DNA of 64,000 nucleotides from a virus (Duplodnaviria; Caudoviricetes): IMG/VR virus record IMGVR_UViG_2904200584_000016, positions 6,688 to 70,687 of that record; one strand, 5' to 3'. Shown piece by piece: positions 53,286 to 64,000 of this stretch (position 1 is its first letter; each line of letters starts with the position of its first letter). The notes under the pieces were generated by a model. It saw only the letters and a program-made list of their open reading frames with translations, ran no database searches and was not told where the DNA came from. The position numbers and the translations under genes were made by a program.

Positions 53286-53784
53286 AATAGAGGTTTAAAA
53301 TGAAAATTAAATATGTAGTATCTGAATGGGAAATTACATCAAAAAATGATGGTCAAAAACATTTTATAAATTTTAGAGATTTAATTAAACTATATGGTGT
53401 GTCTCCAAGAGAATGTATAAGAGCAAAGGAGTTTCAAGAGAGAGATGGTTTAGACCTTAAAGATATAAAATTTCTATACCCTAGGGGTGATGGAAAATAT
53501 GAACTATAAAATCATGGTTTTAATGATATTTTTAGATATGAAATAGCAAATAAATGTCTTTAGGATAAAGATAAATATGAAGATAAATACATAGATATAA
53601 AATGTGATAGATGTAATTTGGAAGAAATATGTAATCAAATATGTTATGAATTAGAAAAACAAGAGAGATTATAAAGTGTCAATTCTAAACGACTAAGCAA
53701 ATCTAAATATTCAATTCGATATAAAACAATTCAAAAAATGATTCAGAAAAGCCAATCAATATTCAATTCAGAGGAGATGGTATT

Positions 53785-55136
53785 ATAAAAGAGTTAAAAT
53801 TACTAAGTTTATTTTCAGGTATAGGAGCATTCGAAAAGCACTAAAAAATATTAATGTAAAGTATAAATTAATAAATTATTGTGAAATTGACAAGTATGCA
53901 AGTAAATCATATTCCATTATACATAATGTAAATGAAGGTTTAAATCTAGGAGATATATCAAAGATTGATATATCGAAGCTTTCTCAAAATATAGATATAA
54001 TTACACATGGAAGTCCATGCACAAACTATTCTGTAGCAGGGAAAGGCGATGGTGGTGATAAAAATAGTGGTACTGCATCCTCTTTAATGTGGAATACTGT
54101 TGAAATAGTTAAACATGTTAGACCCAAATATATAGTTTGGGAAAATGTAAAAAATGTATTAAGTAAAAAACATAAACATAATTTTGAACAATATATAAAT
54201 GATTTAAAAGAATTAGGATACACATCATATTATCAAATCTTAAATGCAAAAGATTTTGGAATACCTCAAAGTCGAGAAAGAATTTTCTGCATATCAATAT
54301 TAGGAGTTCACACTCCTTATGACTTTCCTATAGGTTTCACATTACAATACAGATTAAAAGATTTTCTTGAAAAAAACATTGATGAGAAATATTATTTACC
54401 AAAAGAAATACAGGATAGATTTACTAAATTCCCCAAGAATAGATTAAACAATAATGATTTAGAAGTTATTGGAACTACTGCACCGAATCCATATGATGAA
54501 AATGGAGATAAGATAATTAAAGAGGGAAATGTATCTCAGTACTCAAAATCTCAAGCAGGTCAAGTTATATCAGATGAAGGGGTATCTATGACTTTGTGTA
54601 GTGGAACACAGGGATATTCTATGGGATACATAAAAGAGAATAATATATCAAATGGAGCTATAAGAGGTAGATACAATGAACAAGGTGAAATTGAACAAAG
54701 ATTAGAAATGAGGAATGATGGATGCTCAAATACCATAACCACAATTCAAAAAGATAATGTTATTACAGAATTAAAATCTCAAAGATTAGGAGGATTATTC
54801 GATACAAAAAAATCAAAGCATCAAGCAGGAAGTGTGTGGGATAAAGAACAATTATGTCCTACTTTAGATACTATGCAAGGAGGATATAGACAACCTTGTA
54901 TAGTTGATAATACAAATAAAAATGAGAAATTTGAAGTTATAGATAGTTTTAGAATAAGAAGACTCACACCAAAAGAATGTTGGAGATTAATGGGCTTTGA
55001 CGATGAAGATGTAGATAAATGTATAAAAATCAAAATATCTAATACACAACTTTATAAACAAGCAGGTAATTCAATTTGTGTTCCGGTCTTAGAATCAATA
55101 TTCAAAAAACTATTACAAGAATATATATATAATTAG
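53785..55136 (+). pseudogene. dcm: C5 cytosine DNA methyltransferase with frameshift at ~53834-53837
   Basis: LLSLFSGIGAFEK is out of frame with ALKNI...GSPC...ENV...QSRERIF...RRLTPKECWRLMGF...QAGNSI. Confidence 0.8.
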
Positions 55137-55486
55137 AAACTTAGAGCAACTTGGAAGAGTATCTATTTCAAGTTGACTATAAAATGTCAGTTTTAAAGGA
55201 GGCTAATCATATATGGATATTAAGATAGATATATGTTTATTAGAGATGGAAATAAATAGAAGAAGATGTGAGTATGCTGCCAGAACAGGAAGATATCCTA
55301 ATTCTCTTATTTTGTGGGAAGGTTACTATAGCCTTCTTAATATCCAATATATAGAGGATAAAACAAGAGGATATATTACTAAGTTTAATGGCATGGATGT
55401 TATAAAATGTAATGACTTTTTAAAAATAGAATTATTTGAAAAGAATATTAATAATTAAAATTTGTTTTTTAAGTTGAGGTGATGAG

Positions 55487-58400
55487 TTGAGATATAATAA
55501 TTATCATAGTCATAAAATTTATTCAAATATAAGGTCGTTAGATGTAATTACTAAACCACAACAATATATAGATAGAGCAATAAAACTAGGTCAAAATACA
55601 TATTTTACGACAGAACATGGATATCAAGGAAATGTATATGAGGCAAAAACTTTATGTGATGAATATAAATTAAAAATGATTATTGGAGCAGAATTTTACT
55701 ATGTAAATGATATAAATGAGAAAGATAGAGGAAATTATCATTTAATAGTAATCGCTAAAAATAATGATGGTTACAAGCAAATAAATAAAGCTTTAAGTTT
55801 AGCTAATAAAAATGGATATTACTATAAACCAAGAATAGATGAAAAAATATTATTTGAGATATTTAAACCAGGGGATGTAGTTATTACTACTGCATGTGTA
55901 GCTGGAATATTAAAACTTGAGAATAGAGAAGAATTAATACTAAAACTAAAGAATTATTTTAAAAATAATTTCTTTCTTGAAGTACAATCTCATCCTCATA
56001 AAACTCAAGCTTTGCACAATAAGGATGTTTTAGAATTAAGCAACAAATATAATATAGATATAATACATGCCAATGACAGTCATTATATTTATCCAGAAGA
56101 ATCAAAATATAGAACTAAATTTCTTAAAGCTAAAGGTATAAATTATCCTGAAGAAGACGGTTTTATTTTAGATTATCCAAATTCAGAGGATATATTTAAA
56201 AGATATGAAAAACAAAATGTATTAACAAAGCAAGAAGTTGAAAGAGCATTAAAAAATACTCTAATATTTGATGAGTGTGAAGAAATCACCTTAATAAATG
56301 ATGATATAAAATTACCATCAATATCTAAAAATCCAAATAAAGAACTGAAAGAAATATTAAATAAAGAATGGTTAGAAAAAAGAAAAAATATACCTAAAAA
56401 TAGATGGAATGAATACTTAGATGCTATAAGGTATGAATTTGATATTATAGAGAAAACTCATATGGAGGATTACTTTATTATAGATTATAAAATAGTTCAA
56501 AGAGCAAAACAAGAATATAATGGTCTTCTTACTAAAACAGGGAGAGGTTCAGCACCTTCATTTATAATAACTAATCTTTTAGGGCTTACTGAAATAGATA
56601 GATTAAATGCTCCGGTACCATTATTCCCTACTAGATTTATGAGTGTTGAAAGAATACTATCAGCAAAATCTTTGCCAGATATAGATTTAAATGCTGAAGA
56701 TGCTGAACCATTTATACAAGCAACTAGAGATTTATTAGGAGAAGAAAATTGTGCATGGATGATAAGTTATAAGCCATTACAAGATGCTTCAGCTTTTAGG
56801 TTATGGTGTAAAGCAAATGATATGAAACTATCTGAGTATGATGAAGTAGCTAAAAACTTAGATAAATACACAAATGATGTTTTTTGGAAAGATGTAATAA
56901 AGGAATCAAAGGTATTTGTAGGAGTAGTAGAAAGTGTTTCTTTCTCCCCATGCTCTATGCTTATATATGACAAACCAATTGATGAAGAAGTGGGTCTATT
57001 GAAAACTAAGGATGGGGTATGTTGTAATATAGATGGATATTATTGTGATAAGTATAAATATTTAAAAAATGATTATTTAACAGTGAAAGTATGGTCGTTA
57101 ATAAGAAAAACTTGTGAATTAGCAAATATTAGTATTCCTACAATTAAAGAACTAAACATCTTATTAGATGCTAAAACCTATGGCATATATAAGGATAAAT
57201 TAACTTGCACTATAAATCAGGTAGATTCAGACTATGCTACAAACCTGGCATCTAAATATAGAATATCTAGTGTGGCGGAAACAAGTGCATTTGTAGCTAG
57301 TATCAGACCAGGATTTGCATCTTTATTAGACAATTTTATTAACAGAGAGTCATATACAACTAACGTTAAAGAACTAGATATATTATTAGAAGATAGTTAT
57401 CATTATCTTATGTATCAAGAATCAATAATGAAATATTTAATATGGTTAGGAATAGAGGAATCTGAGAGTTATGATATTATAAATAAGATTAAAAAAAAGA
57501 GATTTAAGGAAAAAGAGTTGAAAGAATTGCATATCAAACTAAAAAATAACTGGATTAAAAAAGTCGGAACTGAAAATAATTTTGAGGATACATGGCAAGT
57601 TGTAAATGATGCTGCCTCATATTCCTTTAATGCTTCACATAGCCTTTCATACGCATATGATAGTTTATATTGTGCATATCTTAAGTCACATTATCCATTA
57701 GAATATTATACTGTAGCATTCAATTTATATAATGAAGATACAGAGAGAACAAGAAAATTAACAGATGAAATAGAGTATTTTAGTATTAAGTTAGAAAATC
57801 CTAAATTTAGATTTTCAAAATCTGAATACTTCTTTAATAGAAATACAAATAGTATTTACAAGGGAATTGAATCTATCAAATTTTTAAATTCTGATATAGG
57901 AGAATATCTATATTCTCTTAAAGATAATAAATACAATTCATTCTTAGAGCTATTGATAGACTTGAAAGGGTATATAAACTCTAAACAATTATCTATACTA
58001 ATTAAACTAGATTTCTTTGAGGAGTTTGGAAAATCCAAAAAACTTTTAAAGATTTATGATATTTATAACTTAGTCTATAGTAAAAAACAATTTAAAAAAG
58101 ATAATTTACCATGCAATATAAATACCATGAGAAAATACTCTAATAAAGAAACAGAAAAAATATTTAAAGAAGTTGATACAAAAGAATTATGTTCTTATCT
58201 TGAAAGTCAAATTGAAAATACAGATATACCAACCAATGAAAAAATACAAGCTCATTTTGAGTTTGTGGGTTCATGTAACATAAAAGATAGCAATTCAAAT
58301 CCAAGATATTGTTTAGTAATAGATATAGATACTAAATATTCTCCTAAAGTCACATTGTATAATATAAATTCAGGCAACACAAAAATTTTCAAGGTAAGTA

Positions 58401-58558
58401 AAGCTATTTTTGAGGATAATAAAATTGATATTTATGACTTAGTTTATTTAAAATCAACTAAAGAGAAAGCTAAAAGTAAAAAAGTAGATGAAAAATGGAT
58501 TAAGAGTAATACAGAAACAGAATGGTGGATACAAGAATATTGGAAAGTAGAAAATTAA
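55487..58558 (+). CDS. dnaE: DNA polymerase III alpha subunit (PHP domain)
   Basis: YHSH, TEHG, ANDSH, GRGSA, PDID, YSFNASHS. Confidence 0.92.
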   Translation: MRYNNYHSHKIYSNIRSLDVITKPQQYIDRAIKLGQNTYFTTEHGYQGNVYEAKTLCDEYKLKMIIGAEFYYVNDINEKDRGNYHLIVIAKNNDGYKQINKALSLANKNGYYYKPRIDEKILFEIFKPGDVVITTACVAGILKLENREELILKLKNYFKNNFFLEVQSHPHKTQALHNKDVLELSNKYNIDIIHANDSHYIYPEESKYRTKFLKAKGINYPEEDGFILDYPNSEDIFKRYEKQNVLTKQEVERALKNTLIFDECEEITLINDDIKLPSISKNPNKELKEILNKEWLEKRKNIPKNRWNEYLDAIRYEFDIIEKTHMEDYFIIDYKIVQRAKQEYNGLLTKTGRGSAPSFIITNLLGLTEIDRLNAPVPLFPTRFMSVERILSAKSLPDIDLNAEDAEPFIQATRDLLGEENCAWMISYKPLQDASAFRLWCKANDMKLSEYDEVAKNLDKYTNDVFWKDVIKESKVFVGVVESVSFSPCSMLIYDKPIDEEVGLLKTKDGVCCNIDGYYCDKYKYLKNDYLTVKVWSLIRKTCELANISIPTIKELNILLDAKTYGIYKDKLTCTINQVDSDYATNLASKYRISSVAETSAFVASIRPGFASLLDNFINRESYTTNVKELDILLEDSYHYLMYQESIMKYLIWLGIEESESYDIINKIKKKRFKEKELKELHIKLKNNWIKKVGTENNFEDTWQVVNDAASYSFNASHSLSYAYDSLYCAYLKSHYPLEYYTVAFNLYNEDTERTRKLTDEIEYFSIKLENPKFRFSKSEYFFNRNTNSIYKGIESIKFLNSDIGEYLYSLKDNKYNSFLELLIDLKGYINSKQLSILIKLDFFEEFGKSKKLLKIYDIYNLVYSKKQFKKDNLPCNINTMRKYSNKETEKIFKEVDTKELCSYLESQIENTDIPTNEKIQAHFEFVGSCNIKDSNSNPRYCLVIDIDTKYSPKVTLYNINSGNTKIFKVSKAIFEDNKIDIYDLVYLKSTKEKAKSKKVDEKWIKSNTETEWWIQEYWKVEN

Positions 58559-59228
58559 AAATATGACCCCATATATGACATTCTAAGGCCGTATATAAAT
58601 GATAGCTTGTGTTTATACCGTGCAGTCTTAAAATGGCGTATACAAGGTCGGTGAAAGGTAGTGATTTCAATACTTATAGACGAACAAAGACATCGTGATT
58701 TACTAGAGAAAAACAGAGAATTAAATACTAAAATAGATGAATTAAATGAAGAAATACTATTTTTAAAAGAAGAGAATAAAGAGTATGAAGAAGTTTTGGA
58801 GAAGTGGAAAAATGTAAAAGAAGAAATTAAATCCGCATATGAAATTAGAAGAAGATTAAATAGAAAACATGGAAAGTTAGAAAAGATATGGCGTAAAATC
58901 GAGGATTTATAATGAATACAAATAAAATATATGAGAAAAAAGAATATATTATTATTAAATCTAAAAATGGATATATTGTTTACAATACAAATAAAAAATT
59001 TGAAGAAGGTCATACTCATTTAAAAAGTTATAACGCTGCTAAAACAGCTATAGATTTAGTTATTAAGAGAAGAATTCCTAGAAGTTATTCTATTTATTTT
59101 CTTACAAGTTTGATGAGAATATCTAATGATGTACAATATATAAAACATATAAGCGATATTGTATATATAAGAAATAATAAAGGACTAAAAGAAAAATATA
59201 TAAATTCTAAAAATATTAAAAAAAACTA

Positions 59229-59284
59229 TTGAGAACATAGAAGGTATATGATATACTATGGATATAGTTAAAACAGAGAAGGTA
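59229..59284 (+). promoter_or_regulatory. Promoter TTGAGA-17-TATACT with two shared operators
   Basis: GAACATAGAAGGTA (59233) and AAACAGAGAAGGTA (59271). Confidence 0.7.
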
Positions 59285-59947
59285 AAAAAGGGGGGGTGAA
59301 TAAAGATGTTAATAGAAGGAACTAAAATAAGATTAATGAAAGAAATACAAGGTTTTGAGATGTTAAAAATAGGAGATATATTTGTCATTACATCTGTGGG
59401 AAGCAATGGAGATATACATTTTAAAACAGATTATGGGATGGGATTCATGAATTATAGTGAATTAAAAAAATATTTTGAAGTTGCAATAGAGACTAAGAAA
59501 AAAGAACATATTTGGAGTGAATGGAAAACTACAACTGTACTTGAGACAAATAAGACTTGTAAGTATAGAACAAATGGAAAGAAAGTAGAAGTTAGAATGG
59601 GAGATTTTAAAGCATCAGCTACTTGCCACGGTTCAGATGAGTTTGATTGCAATAAAGGTATTAAGTTATGTCTGGCAAGAATTGAAGTTAAAAAAGCAAA
59701 GAAACAGGTGAATTTAATATTAGATGAAATAAATAATAAATAAATTTAGGAGGACTAAAAATGAGTTGCAAACTTAAAGAAATATGTGAGAATAAAAATA
59801 GAGATTGTGATTATTGTTGTTATAATCCAAATGCATATTTAGAAGATGCTTTTGAATGGAATGGGGAAGGAAAAGAACCATCTAATGAAGAATTAGATGA
59901 TGCTCTTGTAGAATAAATAAGTATTTAAAATTATCATTTTAATATGA

Positions 59948-60520
59948 TTGGAGGTCTTTATGAGGTGGAGAAATATATTAGTAACAAGTGTTTTAGTAAT
60001 GGGTAGTAGCATATATATATTTGCTAATATTGAAGAGATGAGTACTAGCAGGATGGATAAAAATATTGTAGCAGATACAGCTAAAAATATTAACTTAATG
60101 TATAAATATGAGTGGGAGCAACACAAAAATAGTTCTGAATATAAATTAGAAATCAAGAGAATTAATTTAGAAAAGGACTTAGGAGTAAAAATAGAAAAAT
60201 TAATTCCTGTAACATGGGAAGTAAGTTACTATACTTCTTTAAACTGTGAAAATAGTAAATATGGAGCTATTACAGCTACAGGAGAAAAATTACAATATGG
60301 GTTTGTGGCCAATAATCATCTTAAATTCGGAACTAAAATATTAGTTGATGGAAATTTAAAGGTGGTTAAAGATAGAGGTTCTAATAAATATTTTGGTAAT
60401 TTTAATGCTATAGATGTATTTGTGCCAAGAATAAAAGGGGAGAGTGATTATAAGTATTATAAAAGGGTGAACAATATGGGAAGGCATTATAAAGAAGGAT
60501 ATATTATAGTTGAAGATTAG
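59948..60520 (+). CDS. 3D-domain (lytic transglycosylase-like) exported protein
   Basis: ITATG...FGTKI...DRG...IDVF; N-terminal hydrophobic segment. Confidence 0.8.
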   Translation: MEVFMRWRNILVTSVLVMGSSIYIFANIEEMSTSRMDKNIVADTAKNINLMYKYEWEQHKNSSEYKLEIKRINLEKDLGVKIEKLIPVTWEVSYYTSLNCENSKYGAITATGEKLQYGFVANNHLKFGTKILVDGNLKVVKDRGSNKYFGNFNAIDVFVPRIKGESDYKYYKRVNNMGRHYKEGYIIVED

Positions 60521-60531
60521 GAGTTGATAAA

Positions 60532-61257
60532 TTGAAAGTTTATTTAAATGAAATAACAGGGATTGACGATGCTATAGTATCAATGTTCATGAGTAAAAGA
60601 AGTTGGACTAGAGAAAAAGAATTGGAAATCAGAAGGATATGCAATAAAGTTTTAGATAATAGGGGCAAATTAATTATTTCAGATAGACTAAGTTCAGAAT
60701 TAAAGCAATTTAATAAATGGATGGATAGCTTAGTGAAATGGGGATGGACTCATACAACCATGTTAAGATTCATAGATATGTCTATTACAGTGGAGGGATT
60801 ACATAGAGCTGGTCAGGATGATTGGGATTCTCATGCTAAAAGATTTAATAATAGAATAATAAGAAGTAGCACAAGGTTAGCTGATTTTGAACATGAGATA
60901 TCAGAATGGTATGAAGATAAAATTATTCCTACTGATATTGCTTTACAACATGTAAATCAAGATATACCTAAAACAATCAAAATTAATGGAATAAACTATA
61001 TAAAAGCCGTAAATGGATATATAAGAGAAGATTTAAAAGATAATAAAGATGTAAAAAGAGGATTATACATGCTAAGTATTCCTAGTAATTTTATTTTTAA
61101 AGTAAATATGACTGAGTGGGGGCATGTTTACAAAGAGAGAAATAATAATTCAAGTGCAAATACAGAAGTAAAATTATGTTGTGAAAGTATAGCAAATCAA
61201 ATTGAGAGTTTTCATAGTCAATTTAATCGAGATTTATTTAAAAAAATAAAAAATTAA
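60532..61257 (+). CDS. ThyX-like protein (distant)
   Basis: HTTMLRF...SSTR; located in the nucleotide/replication cluster. Confidence 0.4.
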   Translation: MKVYLNEITGIDDAIVSMFMSKRSWTREKELEIRRICNKVLDNRGKLIISDRLSSELKQFNKWMDSLVKWGWTHTTMLRFIDMSITVEGLHRAGQDDWDSHAKRFNNRIIRSSTRLADFEHEISEWYEDKIIPTDIALQHVNQDIPKTIKINGINYIKAVNGYIREDLKDNKDVKRGLYMLSIPSNFIFKVNMTEWGHVYKERNNNSSANTEVKLCCESIANQIESFHSQFNRDLFKKIKN

Positions 61258-61281
61258 AATAAATAAAATACAAAAGGAGAA

Positions 61282-62181
61282 GTGGGAATGGTAGAAAAAA
61301 GAATAAATTATAATCAAGTATTTATATCAGGAGAAGTTTTAGACATATTAAATATAGCTAGAATAAATCAAGGGACTGGTCAAGAAGCTATAAGATTTAC
61401 CTTAAAAGTTGAAACAGCACCAAATGAATCAGTAAATGTAGATTATTTTACATCAATGTTTAAGTCAGATGGTTCACCAAATCAAATGTTTTTAGGAATA
61501 GAGACAATAGCTAATGAAATAAAAACTAGAGCAGAAGATGGAAAAGGTGATATTGTTAGATGTATTTGTTCATTAGATAATAACTTATACTATAAAGATG
61601 GTGAAAAGAAAGAGAGATTCCAGATATCAGGAACTTTCTGCAATAGAGAAAAATATGATGACAAAGGTAATCCGATTGATGACAAAGGTGAAGTTGTAAA
61701 GTCAATAAAAGCAAGTCAGGTCTGGAGAGTATATACATTAATTGAAAATATAGAAGAAAAAGAAGATGATTTAGGTAAATATTTAGAGATTAAGGGTTTA
61801 ATTAATAAATATGGTAAGCAAGGTTGTAATATGACATTTAGAATACATAATGAAGATATGATAGAAGGATTTAAAAGTTTATATAAAATAGGAGATGTTG
61901 GCCTTCTTGAAGGTACAGTAAAATCTATGGTTGTTAGTAAATCAGCAGGATTTGGTTCAAGAATTAAAAAAAGTGCTTTTACATTTTTAGAAATAGAAGG
62001 TGGCGATGAACCTTTGAAAGATGGAGACAAAATATTTAGTGATAAAAATTATCCTTTCACAGATAAGAATATAGAGGCAATGAGAGAAAAAATAAAAGAA
62101 AAAGATGAAAAAGAAAAACAAAGAGATATTGATAAAAATGGTAAGACAATTGAGATAAGTGATGATGATGTACCATTTTAA
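61282..62181 (+). CDS. Putative single-stranded DNA-binding protein
   Basis: NQVFISGEV start; acidic DDDVPF tail. Confidence 0.7.
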   Translation: MGMVEKRINYNQVFISGEVLDILNIARINQGTGQEAIRFTLKVETAPNESVNVDYFTSMFKSDGSPNQMFLGIETIANEIKTRAEDGKGDIVRCICSLDNNLYYKDGEKKERFQISGTFCNREKYDDKGNPIDDKGEVVKSIKASQVWRVYTLIENIEEKEDDLGKYLEIKGLINKYGKQGCNMTFRIHNEDMIEGFKSLYKIGDVGLLEGTVKSMVVSKSAGFGSRIKKSAFTFLEIEGGDEPLKDGDKIFSDKNYPFTDKNIEAMREKIKEKDEKEKQRDIDKNGKTIEISDDDVPF

Positions 62182-62220
62182 ATTATAAATTAAATAATCT
62201 ATTAAAAAGGAGAGATGTGA

Positions 62221-62778
62221 ATGGAAGTTAAAGAAAAAACAATGAATGATGGTTTCAAGAAAGTGGTAAATGAGGAAATAAAGACGTATATATCAAATTT
62301 ATATTCAGATAGAATAGACGGATTAAAAGAGAGTAATAGTCAAATTGAGATAACAAAAGCATTAATAGCCTTTCATTTAGATATAGAATCAATTCCAAAG
62401 GATAATACAAACCCATTTTTCAGGTCTAAATATGCAAACCTTGATACAATTCTTAAAGCAGTAAATCCATTATTAGCGAAACATGATTTAATACTAATGC
62501 AATCAGCAGAAGATGCAGGTAATGATAAAGTATATATAAAAACTAAACTAAAGCATTCATCAGGCGAATATATAGAGTCAAATTCTGCACCATTTAAACC
62601 AGCTAAGACTAATGATATACAAGCTAGAGGAGCATTAGAAACTTACTTAAGAAGATACGCAATTCAATCAGTATTAGCATTATCATTTGATGAAGACGAT
62701 GATGGTAATTCTCTAATAGATAAATCAAAAGTCAAGTCTGAAGAAGAAAATACAACAGTTAAGAAAAGCAGAGTGTAA
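62221..62778 (+). CDS. ERF-family single-strand annealing protein
   Basis: NPFFRSKYANLD...GALETYLRRY...DEDDDG. Confidence 0.88.
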   Translation: MEVKEKTMNDGFKKVVNEEIKTYISNLYSDRIDGLKESNSQIEITKALIAFHLDIESIPKDNTNPFFRSKYANLDTILKAVNPLLAKHDLILMQSAEDAGNDKVYIKTKLKHSSGEYIESNSAPFKPAKTNDIQARGALETYLRRYAIQSVLALSFDEDDDGNSLIDKSKVKSEEENTTVKKSRV

Positions 62779-62839
62779 GTAAAAAAATGCTACCTCTTGA
62801 ATGAGGTAGCAATAAATACATAGCATAGGAGGGAAAATC

Positions 62840-63373
62840 TTGAATTGTAAGTGTAAGGTTTGTAAGAAAAAATTAAATACAAAAGATGCTTATAAAGTAG
62901 AACATATTACATCTGGAGGGAATAAGCAGAATAGGTATTATTGCAATGAACAAGAATATCGAAAAGAGCAGCAGGATATATTTTTTTGGAAACAATGTCA
63001 ACTTGGTATAGATTACATTATGGGATATACGGTTATAAATAATCAAAAAAACAAGATGCTACAAGATATAATAAAAAGTGGTTATACAAGAGAAGAGCTA
63101 TATGACTGTATGCTTGAAAAAAAAGATGAAATCATAGAATTGCTTAACTACAGAAAAGATATAGAAGAAGAATATCCTAAATTATGCTATGTATTTACTA
63201 TATTAAAAGCTTGTATTAGAGATATAACAATTAGAAATAAGCAAATAAAATATGAAAAGGAAAATGAAAAGATATACAAAGAAAGTGAAAAATGTTATGA
63301 AGTAATTGCTCCTAAAAAGGTACTTACTAATAAAAGAAAAAGTTTATTTGAAAAAATTAAAGAGGTGAATTAA
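62840..63373 (+). CDS. Cys-rich hypothetical protein (possible helicase loader)
   Basis: CKVC N-terminus; overlaps the next gene. Confidence 0.55.
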   Translation: MNCKCKVCKKKLNTKDAYKVEHITSGGNKQNRYYCNEQEYRKEQQDIFFWKQCQLGIDYIMGYTVINNQKNKMLQDIIKSGYTREELYDCMLEKKDEIIELLNYRKDIEEEYPKLCYVFTILKACIRDITIRNKQIKYEKENEKIYKESEKCYEVIAPKKVLTNKRKSLFEKIKEVN

Positions 63374-64000
63374 TGAGTGCATATGAAAAAATAATAAAGG
63401 ATAGAGGTATTGTAGAAACTTTAGTTTTAGGAACAATGCTAAAATCATTAACTCTTTTTAGTGAATATAAAATTAGTGAAAATGACTTCATAATAGATAA
63501 AGTAAAATTTTTTTTCTCATTAGGAAGAACAATGTCTAAAACCCATAGTGAGCTCGATGAAGCGAGTGTGGCTAAATTTGTATCTTCAAATAAACTTAAA
63601 TCTGAATATGAAAAATATGGTGGTTGGAATAGCTTATCATCTGCTATGGAGTATGGAAAAGAAACTAATATATCAGCATATATTGATGATTTGGCTAAGA
63701 ACAATTTATTAATCGCTTTAGATAAAAGAGGTTTTAACATAACAAAAGAGATGGATCATAATGAATTAAAATTTATTCCATTTGAATTATTCCAATCTAT
63801 GAGTTGTAGAGAAGTTGAAGAATTTTATGAGGGATTAATATCTTCCTGTAGTGTAAATTCCATAAAAAATAATATGAAGGTAGAAAATCTTTTACTTACA
63901 AAAGAAGATAGAGAAAAATTAAAAGAAAAAACTGAAGCAGGAACACCTTATAATATTATGTTTGAGTACAATGAAAAAGAAATAGGATTAAGTGACAATG
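63373..64000 (+). CDS. Probable replicative helicase N-terminus (partial)
   Basis: MSAYEKIIKDRG... open to the window end; position after SSB/ERF. Confidence 0.5.
   Translation, partial: MSAYEKIIKDRGIVETLVLGTMLKSLTLFSEYKISENDFIIDKVKFFFSLGRTMSKTHSELDEASVAKFVSSNKLKSEYEKYGGWNSLSSAMEYGKETNISAYIDDLAKNNLLIALDKRGFNITKEMDHNELKFIPFELFQSMSCREVEEFYEGLISSCSVNSIKNNMKVENLLLTKEDREKLKEKTEAGTPYNIMFEYNEKEIGLSDN

Noticed and set aside
40170-58558. Inteins or introns in nrdJ and dnaE
   Set aside because: Both are uninterrupted ORFs of ordinary length with no splicing or endonuclease motifs seen
1972-63740. Many antisense ORFs in the track (e.g. 1972, 3320, 6432, 7524, 13399, 21964, 31409, 58555, 63357)
   Set aside because: They overlap well-supported genes on the other strand, lack RBS and have F/I/L/S-rich shadow composition

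Overview
AT-rich window from a large Clostridium-type temperate phage-plasmid. Its organisation resembles Bacillus SPbeta (yonG/J/K-like genes, HU, MrpR-like repressor, YopX, DnaE, ERF, helicase), and it also carries plasmid functions (ParM/ParR partition, Rep-like genes with iterons, Phd/Doc, ArdA). Left to right: late-region genes with a putative ~300-nt structured ncRNA and a tRNA-Ser 3' remnant; ParMR; a type I TA-like cassette; a stack of repressor+promoter cassettes upstream of ardA; an anti-defence-like operon ending in a 3-repeat type I-B-like mini-CRISPR array that faces a stand-alone Cas11/Cas8b-CTD-like gene; a replication/immunity region with an SOS-linked switch; and a long early operon whose gene boundaries often carry a TAAAA-N6-TTTTAA motif. 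Strongest novel-system candidates: the mini-CRISPR plus Cas11-like gene, the stacked regulator cassettes at ardA, the DUF6847-like gene plus ncRNA, and the boundary motif. All family calls are from manual motif recognition, not database searches.
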